DNA from: Macrostomum lignano
Lineage: Eukaryota
Reading direction: 5' to 3'
NCBI GenBank assembly: GCA_002269645.1
Contig: NIVC01001332.1
Span: 124,001 to 188,000, forward strand
Length of the DNA stretch: 64,000 bases
Part shown: positions 1-11,400 of the stretch, piece by piece
Layout of the letters: each line of letters begins with the position of its first letter
How positions within the stretch are numbered: position 1 is the stretch's first letter
The notes under the pieces: model-generated
Databases searched by the model: none
The model's input: the letters and a program-made list of their open reading frames with translations, nothing else
Told to the model about the DNA's origin: nothing
Position numbers and translations under genes: made by a program

Positions 1-1129
1 ATAAAGTCATGGCTGCTGTACACTCCTGTGTGAGTGTGTGCCTGTGCGTATGACTGCGTACGTATCCGCGCGCTTGTGTGCCTGCTCAGGGGAGTCTGCG
101 GAATGGGCAGTAATGCCTCTCGCCGGTTGTGTTACTTGTTATGTCGCTTATTAAAGTGCACCAGGGTGCACACACTAAGCATACACACGCTTACTTGGGT
201 TGTACAGCGCCGCTGACTTAATTCTAACCATAAGAGTTGATCTGGTGTTGGTCTGAGTTAAATTATGATACAAAATGCAAATTCATATACACAGATGTGA
301 TCATAGAGAATAGAATACAGTGGCTCACATGGTAAACCCGCTAATCGGTCTTACAAGACATGCTGGGTGTGACTGGGGGTTTCATATTCAATTCAATAAT
401 TCCTATCAGTAAATTGTTTATTATCTCACATTCTCGCTATTCTTATACATTGTGGCTGTGGGCTACTTTTAATATTGTCTCTCTGTACATTTGTATGCTG
501 GTGAAAAATGTTTTATGACTTCAAACACGCGGCGCGCGTAATTATCTATATCATCATCCTTTGATGATGCCGCCGCGCGTTGCTTCAATATTGCAAGCTG
601 TTGTTGTTTAATGAATCATTTTCAGTTCAGGAGTTACAGATAAATAATGTTCAATTATAATGCTAAATCACCTTCCTTGGGGCTTATTGTGAAATGTTGG
701 TGTCATCGGAATTGCCATTGGACATGCATGTGATTCTTACATATACTCATCAACATCGAAAAGTCGCCATCACAGAATATTCCGCCTGTGATCGCCACTT
801 TTGAGAGTGCAGGTAAAGTCTCTCTCAATCTTTGCGAGTGACGCAATTTAGCTACGCCACGGCAGACTTGAGTTGAGGAATGAAGTGGGGGAGCGGTGTG
901 CGAGGGTTGGACGGATTAAAGATACCCCAATCAGTTTTCTCGTATCTTTTATTTCGGAATAATCTAAGAGAAATTGCTCACTGGCGCATAGAGTGGCGAC
1001 TTTTCCATGTTGCTGAGAATAACTATACGAATTTTGTACATTGCAAAGTTCAATGCCTGTGTCTAATATTACATGTAGGTAGATTATAATCTGCTGGGAC
1101 TCTGGGACCCTTGACAATCATTTTTGTCT

Positions 1130-2013
1130 GGTCTTTCATGGATTATCGCTAACCCTACCTGTGGTCCTTCAGGGATTATCGGTAACCCTACCTGTGGTCC
1201 TTCAGGGATTATCGCTAACCCTGCCTGTGGTCCTTCAGGGATTATCGCTAACCCTACCTGTGGTCCTTCAGGGATTATCGCTAACCCTACCTCTGGTCCT
1301 TCAGGGATTATCGCTAACCCTACCTGTACCTCTGGTCCTTCAGGGATTATCGCTAACCCTACATGTACCTCTGGTCCTTCAGGGATTATCGCTAACCCTG
1401 CCTGTGGTCCTTCAGGGATTATCGCTAACCCTGCCTGTGGTCCTTCAGGGATTATCGCTAACCCTGCCTGTGGTCCTTCAGGGATTATCGCTAACCCTAC
1501 ATGTGGTCCTTCAGAGATTATCGCTAACCCTACATGTACCTCTGGTCCTTCAGGGATTATCGCTAACCCTACCTGTACCTCTGGTCCTTCAGGGATTATC
1601 GCTAACCCTACATGTACCTCTGGTCCTTCAGGGATTATCGCTAACTCTACATGTACCTCTGGTACTTCAGGGATTATCGCTAACCCTACCTGTACCTCTG
1701 GTCCTTCAGGGATTATCGCTAACCCTACATGTACCTCTGGTCCTTCAGGGATTATCGCTAACCCTACATGTACCTCTGGTCCTTCAGGGATTATCGCTAA
1801 CTCTACATGTACCTCTGGTCCTTCAGGGATTATCGCTAACCCTACCGGTACCTCTGGTCCTTCAGGGATTATCGAACCCTACCATACTTCTGGTACTTCA
1901 GGGATTATCGCTAACCCTACACTACTTTTGGTCCGTCAGGGATTATCGCTAACCCTACACTACTTTTGGTCCGTCAGGGATTATCGCTAACCCTACCTCT
2001 GGTCCTTCAGGGA
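1130..2013. repeat. Minisatellite, 33/39-bp units (GGTCCTTCAGGGATTATCGCTAACCCTACCTGT +/- ACCTCT)
   Basis: Direct tandem units visible; the ORFs 1124..1990 and 1161..1952 are translations of the repeat. Confidence 0.97.
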
Positions 2014-2849
2014 TTGATCGGTCAGAAGTCTCTAGTAGCTCTCTCGTATCTTAGCTACCTCAGGTATTTTTCTTTTAAAACTGAAGCTTCTATCAAGCAC
2101 AAAAAGCTGATGGTTTTATCTGTAAGCAAGGACTAAAATCTAACAAAACTTTCATATTAAACTTGCTCAATCGAATGGTTATATCATCAGCCCTGTGGGT
2201 TTTTGATTTGATTTTTTTAATTCCAGATCTTTTCCTCTGAGCTGATTACCGGGTACAAATCGATCCGGCACAGGTAAAAGATGAGGCAATCAGCTTTCTA
2301 CCTTTAATTTGCCACGTATAAGCAGACTCGAGGTGTGTGTGTAAAATGAGCCCTCAAGGGCTCTCGTGGGTGTGCTGTCACAGACATATCAGACCTTGCT
2401 TTTTTGCATCGAAAACCCCAAAAAGGCGTGTATTACCTGTGAGTTAATCGTCTTTAATTTGTTCAGAGGCAAGTCAAAGATCTTTTAATAATACTCCGAC
2501 CAACACGCTGCACTGACCCATGAAATTTGCGATGATGTTTGCCCTCAGACCTCGGGGGCATTTACATTACTTCATATAGGCTCTAGCTGGCGTGCAAGGA
2601 TAACAGGTTGTCGTCACATATTAGGTTTGCTTATTGCTTGAAATCTAATACAGGTGGTGCATCAAACGGAGCAGTCCTGTCAGATCTGTATTGTTGAATT
2701 GGGATTCTCACTGATATGAGCGATCAGATTGATTGACCTGTGGAGGGTCCGTTTTCTCTGTCTGTAGAGCCTCAGTCTTCATAGCATTCTGCTTACTGTG
2801 CTTTTGGTAAACATTCACTTTTGATAATATCCTGTGCAAACAAATCCCT

Positions 2850-3390
2850 GGTCACTCTCTCCCTCTTTTCCCCTCTCCCTCTCTTTCTCCTCTCCCTCTC
2901 TTTCTCCTCTCCCTCTCTTTCTCCTCTCCCTCTCTTTCCCCTCGCCCTCTCTTTCCCCTCTCCCTCTCTTTCTCCTCTCCCTCTCTTTCTCCTCTCCCTC
3001 TCTTTCCCCTCTCCCTCTCTTTCCCCTCTCCCTCTCTTGCTCCTCTCCCTCTCCCCTCTTCCTCTCTTTCTCCCTCTCTTTCCCCTCTCCCTCTCTTGCT
3101 CCTCTCCCTCTCCCCTCTTCCTCTCTTTCTCCCTCTCTTTCCCCTCTCCCTCTCCCCTCTCCCTCTCTTTCTCCCTCTCTTTCCCCTCTCCCTCTCCCTC
3201 TCCCCTCTCCCTCTCTTTCTCCCTCTCTTTCCCCTCTCCCTCTCCCTCTCCCCTCTCCCTCTCTTTCTCTCCCTCTCTTTCTCTCCCTCTCTTTCCCCTC
3301 TCCCTCTCTTTCCCCTCTCCATCTCTTTCTCCTCTCCCTCTCCGCCTCTCTCTCTTCCCTATTCCCTCTTCCTCTCCCTCTCCTTCCCTT
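2850..3390. repeat. Pyrimidine-rich (CT/CTCTCC) low-complexity tract
   Basis: Nearly pure C/T on the + strand; an additional (CT)n run lies at ~3513-3550. Confidence 0.97.
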
Positions 3391-3511
3391 TCTTAAATCC
3401 CTCTTAAGTCCCCTCACAAAAGTTCCCTGTATTCAATTTTGATTTTTGAACATCGTATTCCACAATTTACCTGAGGCTATGCTATGCGCGCACCTCTTAA
3501 AACCCTCGCAG

Positions 3512-3553
<42 letters not shown>

Positions 3554-4539
3554 ACTTTCGCGTCAATTTCGCCTTCAGTTTCCCCAATTTTAAACTTCAC
3601 CTTCATCGTAGGCTAGACTATTTTTCAAGCAGTCAAGCGTTGTATTTTCTCAATCCAGCATGATATACACATTGGTGAATTGATTTAATTCACAGCTGCT
3701 AGAGTTTTTTTGGATGCGTTTCAGCAGGCATTTTGGCAGACACTGTGTTTTTAATTAATTTGATTACAGATCAGGCATAAACCGTATCAGCTGCTAATTT
3801 TTGTTTTAAAAAAGTGATGACGTCATCACAGCAGAATCAGATCTCGGATCGCACACTTAAAGGAGAGGCTTGTGGCTTAAAGATATAAATCTGTATCTTC
3901 CGGACCATGGCAACTATAACTGGACACCACATCTTCATCATTTGTGCCTCGACCTACCCCAGGCACAGAAAATGTGACATAAAACACGCCATTGTATGAC
4001 TGCTAAAAACTGACCACTGTTTGAAATTACAGATCTGTATGATATTTCATCTTGTTTCTATGGCTAATAATGGCTATTATGATGCACTGTGTATTCCTCT
4101 CTGTGTCTCTGTTTTCATACCAGCATATTGAAGTTGTCATTGAGGCGTGCACAGGGCCGCTCTCCAAATTGTGCATCTTGTTACTATAATTATTAGTTAA
4201 TTAATAATTCTATGGTGGCTCCCACAAGCATGCAGGTATACTGGCATAGACTTCATGGCCTTACACTGTTGCCATCGGTGAGCTCTATTGAGAAATGAGC
4301 ATCATTAATGTGTGTCTGGTCTGTGCTCTAATCACCAATGGATGTTTAATATACTGCCAATCATTACGGCTGATTCGGACCTTAATGACATGTGCGTCTG
4401 TAATTAAGAGTCCGTTTTGCGTTGCTAAGTGAAGTATAATTATGAGCACTTGGTCTGGTCTGTGGCCCTAATTTATAGACTAATCATATGTGTTCTCCAA
4501 TCTCACCTAGATATTTCTCATTTCTGCCATAGTATTTCT

Positions 4540-5035
4540 AATCTTAACCCAACCCATTCTTCTCAAACTTCCCTCTTAGTTTCTCTCTTATCTCACTCTC
4601 GAATTCTCTCTAATCTCATTCCCGATATCTCTCTAATCTCACTTCGAGATTCTCTCTAATCTCACCCCTAAATTCGCTCTAATCTCACTGCTAGATTCTC
4701 TCTAATCTCAATCCGAGATTCTCTCAAGTCTCACTCCTAAATTCTCTCAAATCTCACTCCTAAATTCTCTCTAATCTCACTCCCAGATTCTTTCAAATCT
4801 CACTTTATGACTCTCTCTAATCTCACTCCCGATATCTCTCTAATCTCACTCCCGATATCTCTCTAATCTCACTCCCGATATCTCTCTAATCTCACTCCCA
4901 ATATCTCTCTAATCTCACTCTCGATATCTCTCTAATCTCACTCCCGATATCTCTCTAATCTCACTCTTATATTCTTTCCAATATCTCTCCTAACTTATCT
5001 CTAATCTCATTCCCGAATTCTCTCTAATTTCACTG
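4540..5035. repeat. 23-bp minisatellite (CTCTCTAATCTCACTCCCGATAT), degenerate at the edges
   Basis: Tandem units visible, most homogeneous at 4810-4960. Confidence 0.93.
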
Positions 5036-5218
5036 CCATAATTTACGAAATGATTTTGCTGTCAAAGAAGCTTTCTCTCTCGCTCTGATCTCATCGTTTT
5101 TTATTTCTAATCTATTTTAATGTCTAGTGATAATCTAATAGACATCAATGTGATTGTAGTAAATTTAGTACAGTAAAATAGATGCGAAGGCAGTTCTAAA
5201 TTGCTAGCATCACCCCTC

Positions 5219-5319
5219 AGCCAATGAGAGCTCAGCTCGGGGTTCCAATTCAACCAATAGCAGGATAGCTAAAAATAGACGAGATGTGGGGCCCACCCAA
5301 CAGGCCAGGCATTTATAAA
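5219..5319 (+). promoter_or_regulatory. Candidate promoter of the RhoGAP gene: two NF-Y-type CCAAT boxes and a TATA box
   Basis: AGCCAATGAG (CCAAT at 5221), AACCAATAGC (CCAAT at 5254), TATAAA at 5314-5319, ATG at 5403. Confidence 0.5.
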
Positions 5320-5402
5320 GGGTTATTTTGGTAGGAAAATCGACACAACGGACAGACAGACAGACAGACGATTCGTCGATTCAGCAGAAAGTTCAACTTG
5401 AA

Positions 5403-8400
5403 ATGACAATTGCTGCGAAAGACCTGCGTTCGCGGCAGCAGCAGCAGCAGCAGCGGCAGCAGCTGGGCCCACTTAATCAGCTGATACCGGTAAGTGACAA
5501 TGGCTGCTGGGTAATAAAAACCTATGGATATATATGATAGATGCATGTAGGTGGTAAGGGTGGGGAACATGAATCTTCTAAAAGACAGACAGGCGGACAG
5601 GAAACCCCTCCCCCGGCAGGGGGGCAGAGGATTCGCCGACTTTGATGAAAGACAGACAGCTGCTGGGTTGCTGCAGCTCCGCATAAGGACCAGCCGTTAT
5701 CAGCAGAAAAACATCTTCCTGTCCTCGGCATTGCGCTAGTCTTTGTACTAAGCCTCTGCATATAGCGCCGCGCCAATATGTAGTCTTTGTTCTTAGACAA
5801 CAGGCAGTCCACTTCAGAATCTAGCGCAATCCCCCCCCCCCGGACGAATGCCTGGTTCTCATCTCATCTGTTGTCAATAAATTTCAAAGCCTTTTTAAGC
5901 CCAGCGCCCCCTCCCGAAAACCCATGCCCCATCCCATAATGTAATCGTCTGCTGCCGGGACAAAGACAAACTCATCGCTTGAATGGGCGCTCAAGTTGAA
6001 CTCCAGGCTCCAGAATTTCGGGCCAATTTTAACTTCAACTTTCGGCGGCTTTTAGCACCTATAAACTATTAGTATATGGTTAGAACGAATTTAAAAGATA
6101 GTCAACTCTAACTGGTCTTTGAGCTCCACTTCAAGCGAGATCTCTAGTAGACTTGAAATATCATTAGGAAATTAGCAAGACTCTATTAAAAGACATTAAA
6201 AGAGCTGTAAAAGTGTAAACAGAAAATGGATAGGCCAACATTAAGAATATTGTAGGCTCTCGCGGGGTGGCCTTTTATATATATTCATGAAGTTCAAGAG
6301 GCTCCGTTCTATTTGCGGGTCTTGAGAAATGGACTCAATGGGTCAACTCAAAATCCCAATCCTAGTAGGTCAAGATCCCAATCCTAGTAGGTCAAGATCC
6401 CAATCCTAGTAGGTCAAGATCCCAATCCTAGTGGGTCAAGATCCCAATCCTAGTGGGTCAAGATCCCAATCCTAGTGGGTCAAGATCCTGTTGGGCTGCG
6501 CCCTTCCAGTGTGTATGTACTCGTACTTTTGTTTTCAGTTTTCATGCCACCCCGCCCCGTCCCCCGTCTCGCGCCCGGGCCAGGGTTTGTGAGAGGCGTA
6601 AGTCTCAACCCTGGCCTAGCCCTTTGCACCCAGCCCCCGGCCCAATCTCTGTCCAATCTGGGTGCCCCCCCTCCCTCGTTGCCCGCCTCACCCTGGGGCT
6701 GCTCGTATTGGCTGGCTGGCTGATAAGCCGGCTGGGCCCCAGGGTTTGGCTCGCCGTCTCCATTCTGCCCCACCCCTCCCCCTTTTTTGTGTATTATTTA
6801 AATGCTAGCCCTGAGCGGGCTGCGCTCCACGTTTGCTCTCTATTGGTGTCCGCTTCGTTCTTACTGTTTTTGCGTTCATCGGCGTACCTCTGCCTTCGCG
6901 TGCCAATAACTGCTTCGGGCCAATAAACGCTTCGTTAGTAACTCGATATATCAAGAGGAGGTGAGCTCGAGCTTTCGTTCTTCTGGGTTGCCGCGTGGGG
7001 CCGGGATCTGCAGGGACCTGGGAACGGTGAACTCTCGCCGATCCCAGGGTGTTCGGTCAGGCGAACTCTCGCCGAACCGAGCGAGACAGGGTAGGAATAG
7101 CCGGGGTGAGGGCTGGGACAGGGGTGTCTCAGGCGGGGAGGGCCCGAACCTTGACCCGTCCAGCGGCCATTAGGCCGAGACACAACAATCCCAATCAAAG
7201 TGGGTCAAGATCCCAATCAAAGTGGGTCAAGATCCCAATCCTAGTAGGTCAAGATCCCAATCCTAGTGGGTCAAGATCCCAATCCTAGTGGGTCAAGATC
7301 CCAATCAAAGTGGGTCAAGATCCCAATCAAAGTGAGTCAAGATCCCAATCCTAGTGGGTCAAAATCCCAATCCTAGTGGGTCAAGATTCCAATCCTAGTG
7401 GGTCAAAATCCCAATCTTAGTAGATTAAGATCCCACAATCCTAGTGGGTCAAGATCTCAATCCTAGTGGGTCAAGATCCCATCAGAATAAGAGAAAGATC
7501 CCAGAATTATCAAAAGCACACCCTTGATGTCCCGCCAACACACTCGGCATTTGCAGCCCACAGCTGCAGCTGACGAGCTCGGTGTCATGGACTACTGTGG
7601 GCGCCTGACAAACGCGCTGGACCCAGGCGCCGTCCCTGGCGCCAGAGACCGTCAGCTGGCAGATTTGGCCGGTCAGTTTCGCTGTCAGCATCCGGCCAAG
7701 TTTGCCGAGCTGGTCCGGCTGCACCTGGCCTTCCTGGTGGAGATGCCGCACTTCGAGGCGCCGGCGGAGTCGACAAGTAGTGCAGCCTCCGCCTGCGGCT
7801 CAAGACGCGGCGTCGCCCGGCAGCGAAGTCGGAGACTGCACCTGCCGCGCCTGGTCATCGGGCCCATCAGGAACTGTGAGTTGCTGGCGAGGGTCAATGA
7901 CCTCTGCTATAGAAGGATAGGGAGGTCGATGACCCCTGGAACACAGTTAGCGACATTCTGTTAATCCTTAATCCTTAGTATAAGCCAAACCAATTGGAAA
8001 GTCGATAAGACAGTTAAACTGTACAACCGAAAAAATTGCCGGGTACTTCCCTGGATTAGTTGCTAGGCAGTCAAATTTCTCGAGGTCAAAGCCGAATCCA
8101 AAATTACAGGCTTTGATACAATCGGCGAAGCGGGCACTTCAGTATGCATCTAGTGCTTTAATATTAGGATGGCGAGGCTTAAGTGGGACAGGATTCTCCC
8201 ACCTTGGCCGGACTTTCTCTCTACTTAGACTTTAATAAAAACCTTCTTCTTGTCGCGACTATAATTTAAAATTTAATCGATTTTTTTCTCTCTCGGTTTG
8301 CGTCATCAAGTCAGCTTCGTATCCGTTGAAATGAGAGTAGAAAATGGAACGAAAAAAATGAATCACAGCGCGTTCTCAAGTATATAGACCCGAACTCATG

Positions 8401-11400
8401 GGGTTTCATGTTCAGTTGCCGGGGCTCGATTTAATGATTTTTTATCGATTGAACACCCAGTCGCTTCATCTTCTGTTTGCAGCCGTGATTTCGCGCAGAA
8501 AGGCCGTTGTCAGTACTGCCGCCGGGACTGCTGGTCTGGAGGCTGCGACTCCGGCTGAGAGGCAGCGGAGACTGCTGCTGCGGCTGATTGACTACCTGCT
8601 GGAGTCCGACCGTGAGTACCTGGGGCCTGGGTGCTGAGGTTTGAGAGAGAGAGAGAGAGGGAGAGGGAGAGTGAGAGGAAGAGTGAGAGGGAGAGGGAGA
8701 GTGAGAGGGAGAGTGAGAGTGAGAGGGAGAGTGAGAGTGAGAGTGAGAGGGAGAGTGAGAGGGAGAGTGAGAGGGAGAGTGAGAGTGAGAGTGAGAGTGA
8801 GAGGGAGAGTCAGAGGGAGAGGGAGAGTGAGAGGGAGAGGGAGAGTGAGAGGGAGAGTGAGAGTGAGAGGGAGAGTGAGAGTGAGAGTGAGAGGGAGAGT
8901 GAGAGGGAGAGTGAGAGTGAGAGGGAGAGTGAGAGGGAGAGTGAGAGTAAGAGAATAAAACTGAAGAGTACAGGAAAGTGTCTAGTAGGCGCAAGAAGAA
9001 GAGACAGCTGAGGAAGTTGAGTAAATAAAACAGAAAGGAATCAATGAACCTGTTAAAAGAAGCCCCAATTAATTTTACACCTGACCGTTTACCATTTAAA
9101 CGAATACTCGTAATAATAGCTCTACTAATTGCAAAGCTGCCAAATGAAGAGTGGATTAAACAGGAGTTAATTTCAGAGCAAATTGGCTCGGAGGGGACCT
9201 GGTAGAGTGAGTCCTCAACCCCACCCCCCCCCCCGCGTGTGACCCGGTCTTGAGCAGCAATGATTAATCGCATTGGGGCGTGGCTGCCCCATCAAACAAA
9301 GACTCACTGCGGTAAGCCGCCATATAGTATTATAGTAATAGCGCCGATGCGTCTAAACTGAAACAAAGACTAGAGATTAGCTAAGCAAAGCCGCCTCAGG
9401 ATGTTTTAGTCTTTGTCGTCTGAGAAGGTTTTAAAAGCTGATTCGGACGAGCCCTTTTTGAAACCCTCAAGGTAAAGACAGGGTGGGCCATAGCGTTAGC
9501 GTTGCATTGTCTGACAGAAATCTCGCTTTCTTGGAAAAAAATAAGAAACCCACAGGCAATTTTTTACCCTTTAATTTCGGTTGGCTGCAGAGACGCACCT
9601 GTGAGTGACACACCTGTAGAATGAAGGATTGTCTAGAATTGCTGCCTATGACTTTCTCCTCTATCAATTCTGTTTGAAACAAACAGCGGTCGTTGATGAA
9701 TGAATGCCCTGCCAACACTGCTTGCACAGCTTTTGTTCTTTCCCATACCTACAAGTATAGTAGATAGTCATGGCACAAATTGGTCTGTCCGGTCTAGATG
9801 ACGTCATCGCTTGATTGCGCACCGAGAGAACTAAGACCTCCGCGGGGGGGGAGTGCCGGAGATGCGACCCCCCACGAGCAGAAGAAATTGCATTATGATT
9901 TCAACTAAGCCGGTGAAATCGGCCACCAACTTCTAACTGAAGTTGGCAAAGTGGCGCCAATTAGTTTGCTGTAGGGAAACTGCATTTTTCTGGCTACTGT
10001 TTACTAGTAGTTCAAATAGCATTTTTCGTTCCTTTTTAACAAAACAGGCTACAAAACTGAGGGAATTTTTCGCAAGACCGGCAGCTGCGGCCGTCAGAAA
10101 GAGCTGCTGCAGTCTCTGACGAACAGCAGGTGGCCCGCCGGTGCCGGCTCAGCGGAGCACCAGCAGCTCAGCGCCTTCACTGTTCACGACGTGGCCAGTG
10201 TGATGAAGCACGTATTGAGGAGTCTGGACGAGCCGTTAATAGCCGAGTCCAGTCAGCTGGAAATCCTCGTGGCCATTGCGGGTGAGTCTCGATGCTGGCT
10301 TTTGGCTGTGCGAGACAGAGAAGGAGAGAGGGAGGAGAGTAATAGGGAAGGAAGAGGGAGAGGAGGGATAGAGAAGAAGAGTGATAGTAGAGGTAGTAGG
10401 GTAGAGGGTAGAGGGTAGTAGAGGTAGAAAGAGAGGGAGAGGGAGAGGGAGAGGGAGAGGGAGAGGGAGAGGGAGAGGGAGAGGGAGAGGAAGAGAGAGG
10501 TAGAATGAGAGGGAGAGGGAGAGGGAGAGGGAGAGGGAGAGGGAGAGGGAGAGGGAGAGGGAGAGGGAGAGGGAGAGGGAGAGGGAGAGGGAGAGGGAGA
10601 GGGAGAGGAAGAAAGAGGTAGAATGAGAGGAAGAGGGATAGAGAGGGAGAGGGACAGTCAATGGAGTTGAGCTCCAATTCGCCATACTGTGATAGACCAG
10701 CAGCCATCGGTTGCTGCATTAAGAGGGCTCAGTCGGACTGTGACAAAAACTTTAAACTGTAGACCAACTATCCTCTGCACGCTACTCACAGTAGTTTAAT
10801 ACCGCCAATCGCAGACCTCGCCGAGCCCCGCCTGGACGATCGCGGCCAGCCAGTTCGCCGGTCCGAACTCGACAGCCGCCTCCTGGCAGCTCGCCAGCTC
10901 CGGGCGGCCCGTCTGCTCGCTCAGCTGTTGCCGGACTCTTCAAGGTCAGTCCTGATCGCCGTGCTGAAGTTCCTGCGCACCGTGGCGGACGCCGAGGCCA
11001 TAACGAAGATGACATCGGCGAGCCTGGGCACCGTGTTCGGGCCAGTGCTGTTCTGCTGCGGCAAGGTGGTGAGTCTGGGCTGCTGCATCTGACCTGCTTG
11101 CTGCGGATAGGAGACTCTGCCCTGCTTTGGCTGCTGCCACTCCCTTTGCGACCGCTCCCTCCCCTCTCCCTCTCCCCCTCTCCCTCTCTCTCTCACCCTC
11201 CCCTCTCCCTCTCTCACCCTCCCCTCTCCCTGTGCATCTCTTTGCCTCCCCTCTCCAACTCCCTCTCTTTGTTCTTACCCTCTCCCAATCCCCCTTTCTA
11301 TCTTTCCCACTCCTTCCCCTCTACCACTGACTCTCCCTCTCTATCCTTTACTCCGCTTACCTGTTCATCTCCCCCTCTCCCTCTAATCCCTATCCCTTTC

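Noticed and set aside
1-1120. Short ORFs at the window start (34..216, 848..1117, 880..1089)
   Set aside because: Short, with no coding-style bias or motifs; no feature could be supported.
1124-1990. 288-aa and 263-aa repetitive ORFs
   Set aside because: Stop-free frames of a 33/39-bp minisatellite with non-ATG starts; open in two frames; no unique coding flanks.
2815-3442. RG/RE-rich and SP/L-rich ORFs (also at 8431-9273, 10177-10719, 34647-35311, 41081-41896)
   Set aside because: Purine/pyrimidine microsatellites lack stop codons by composition.
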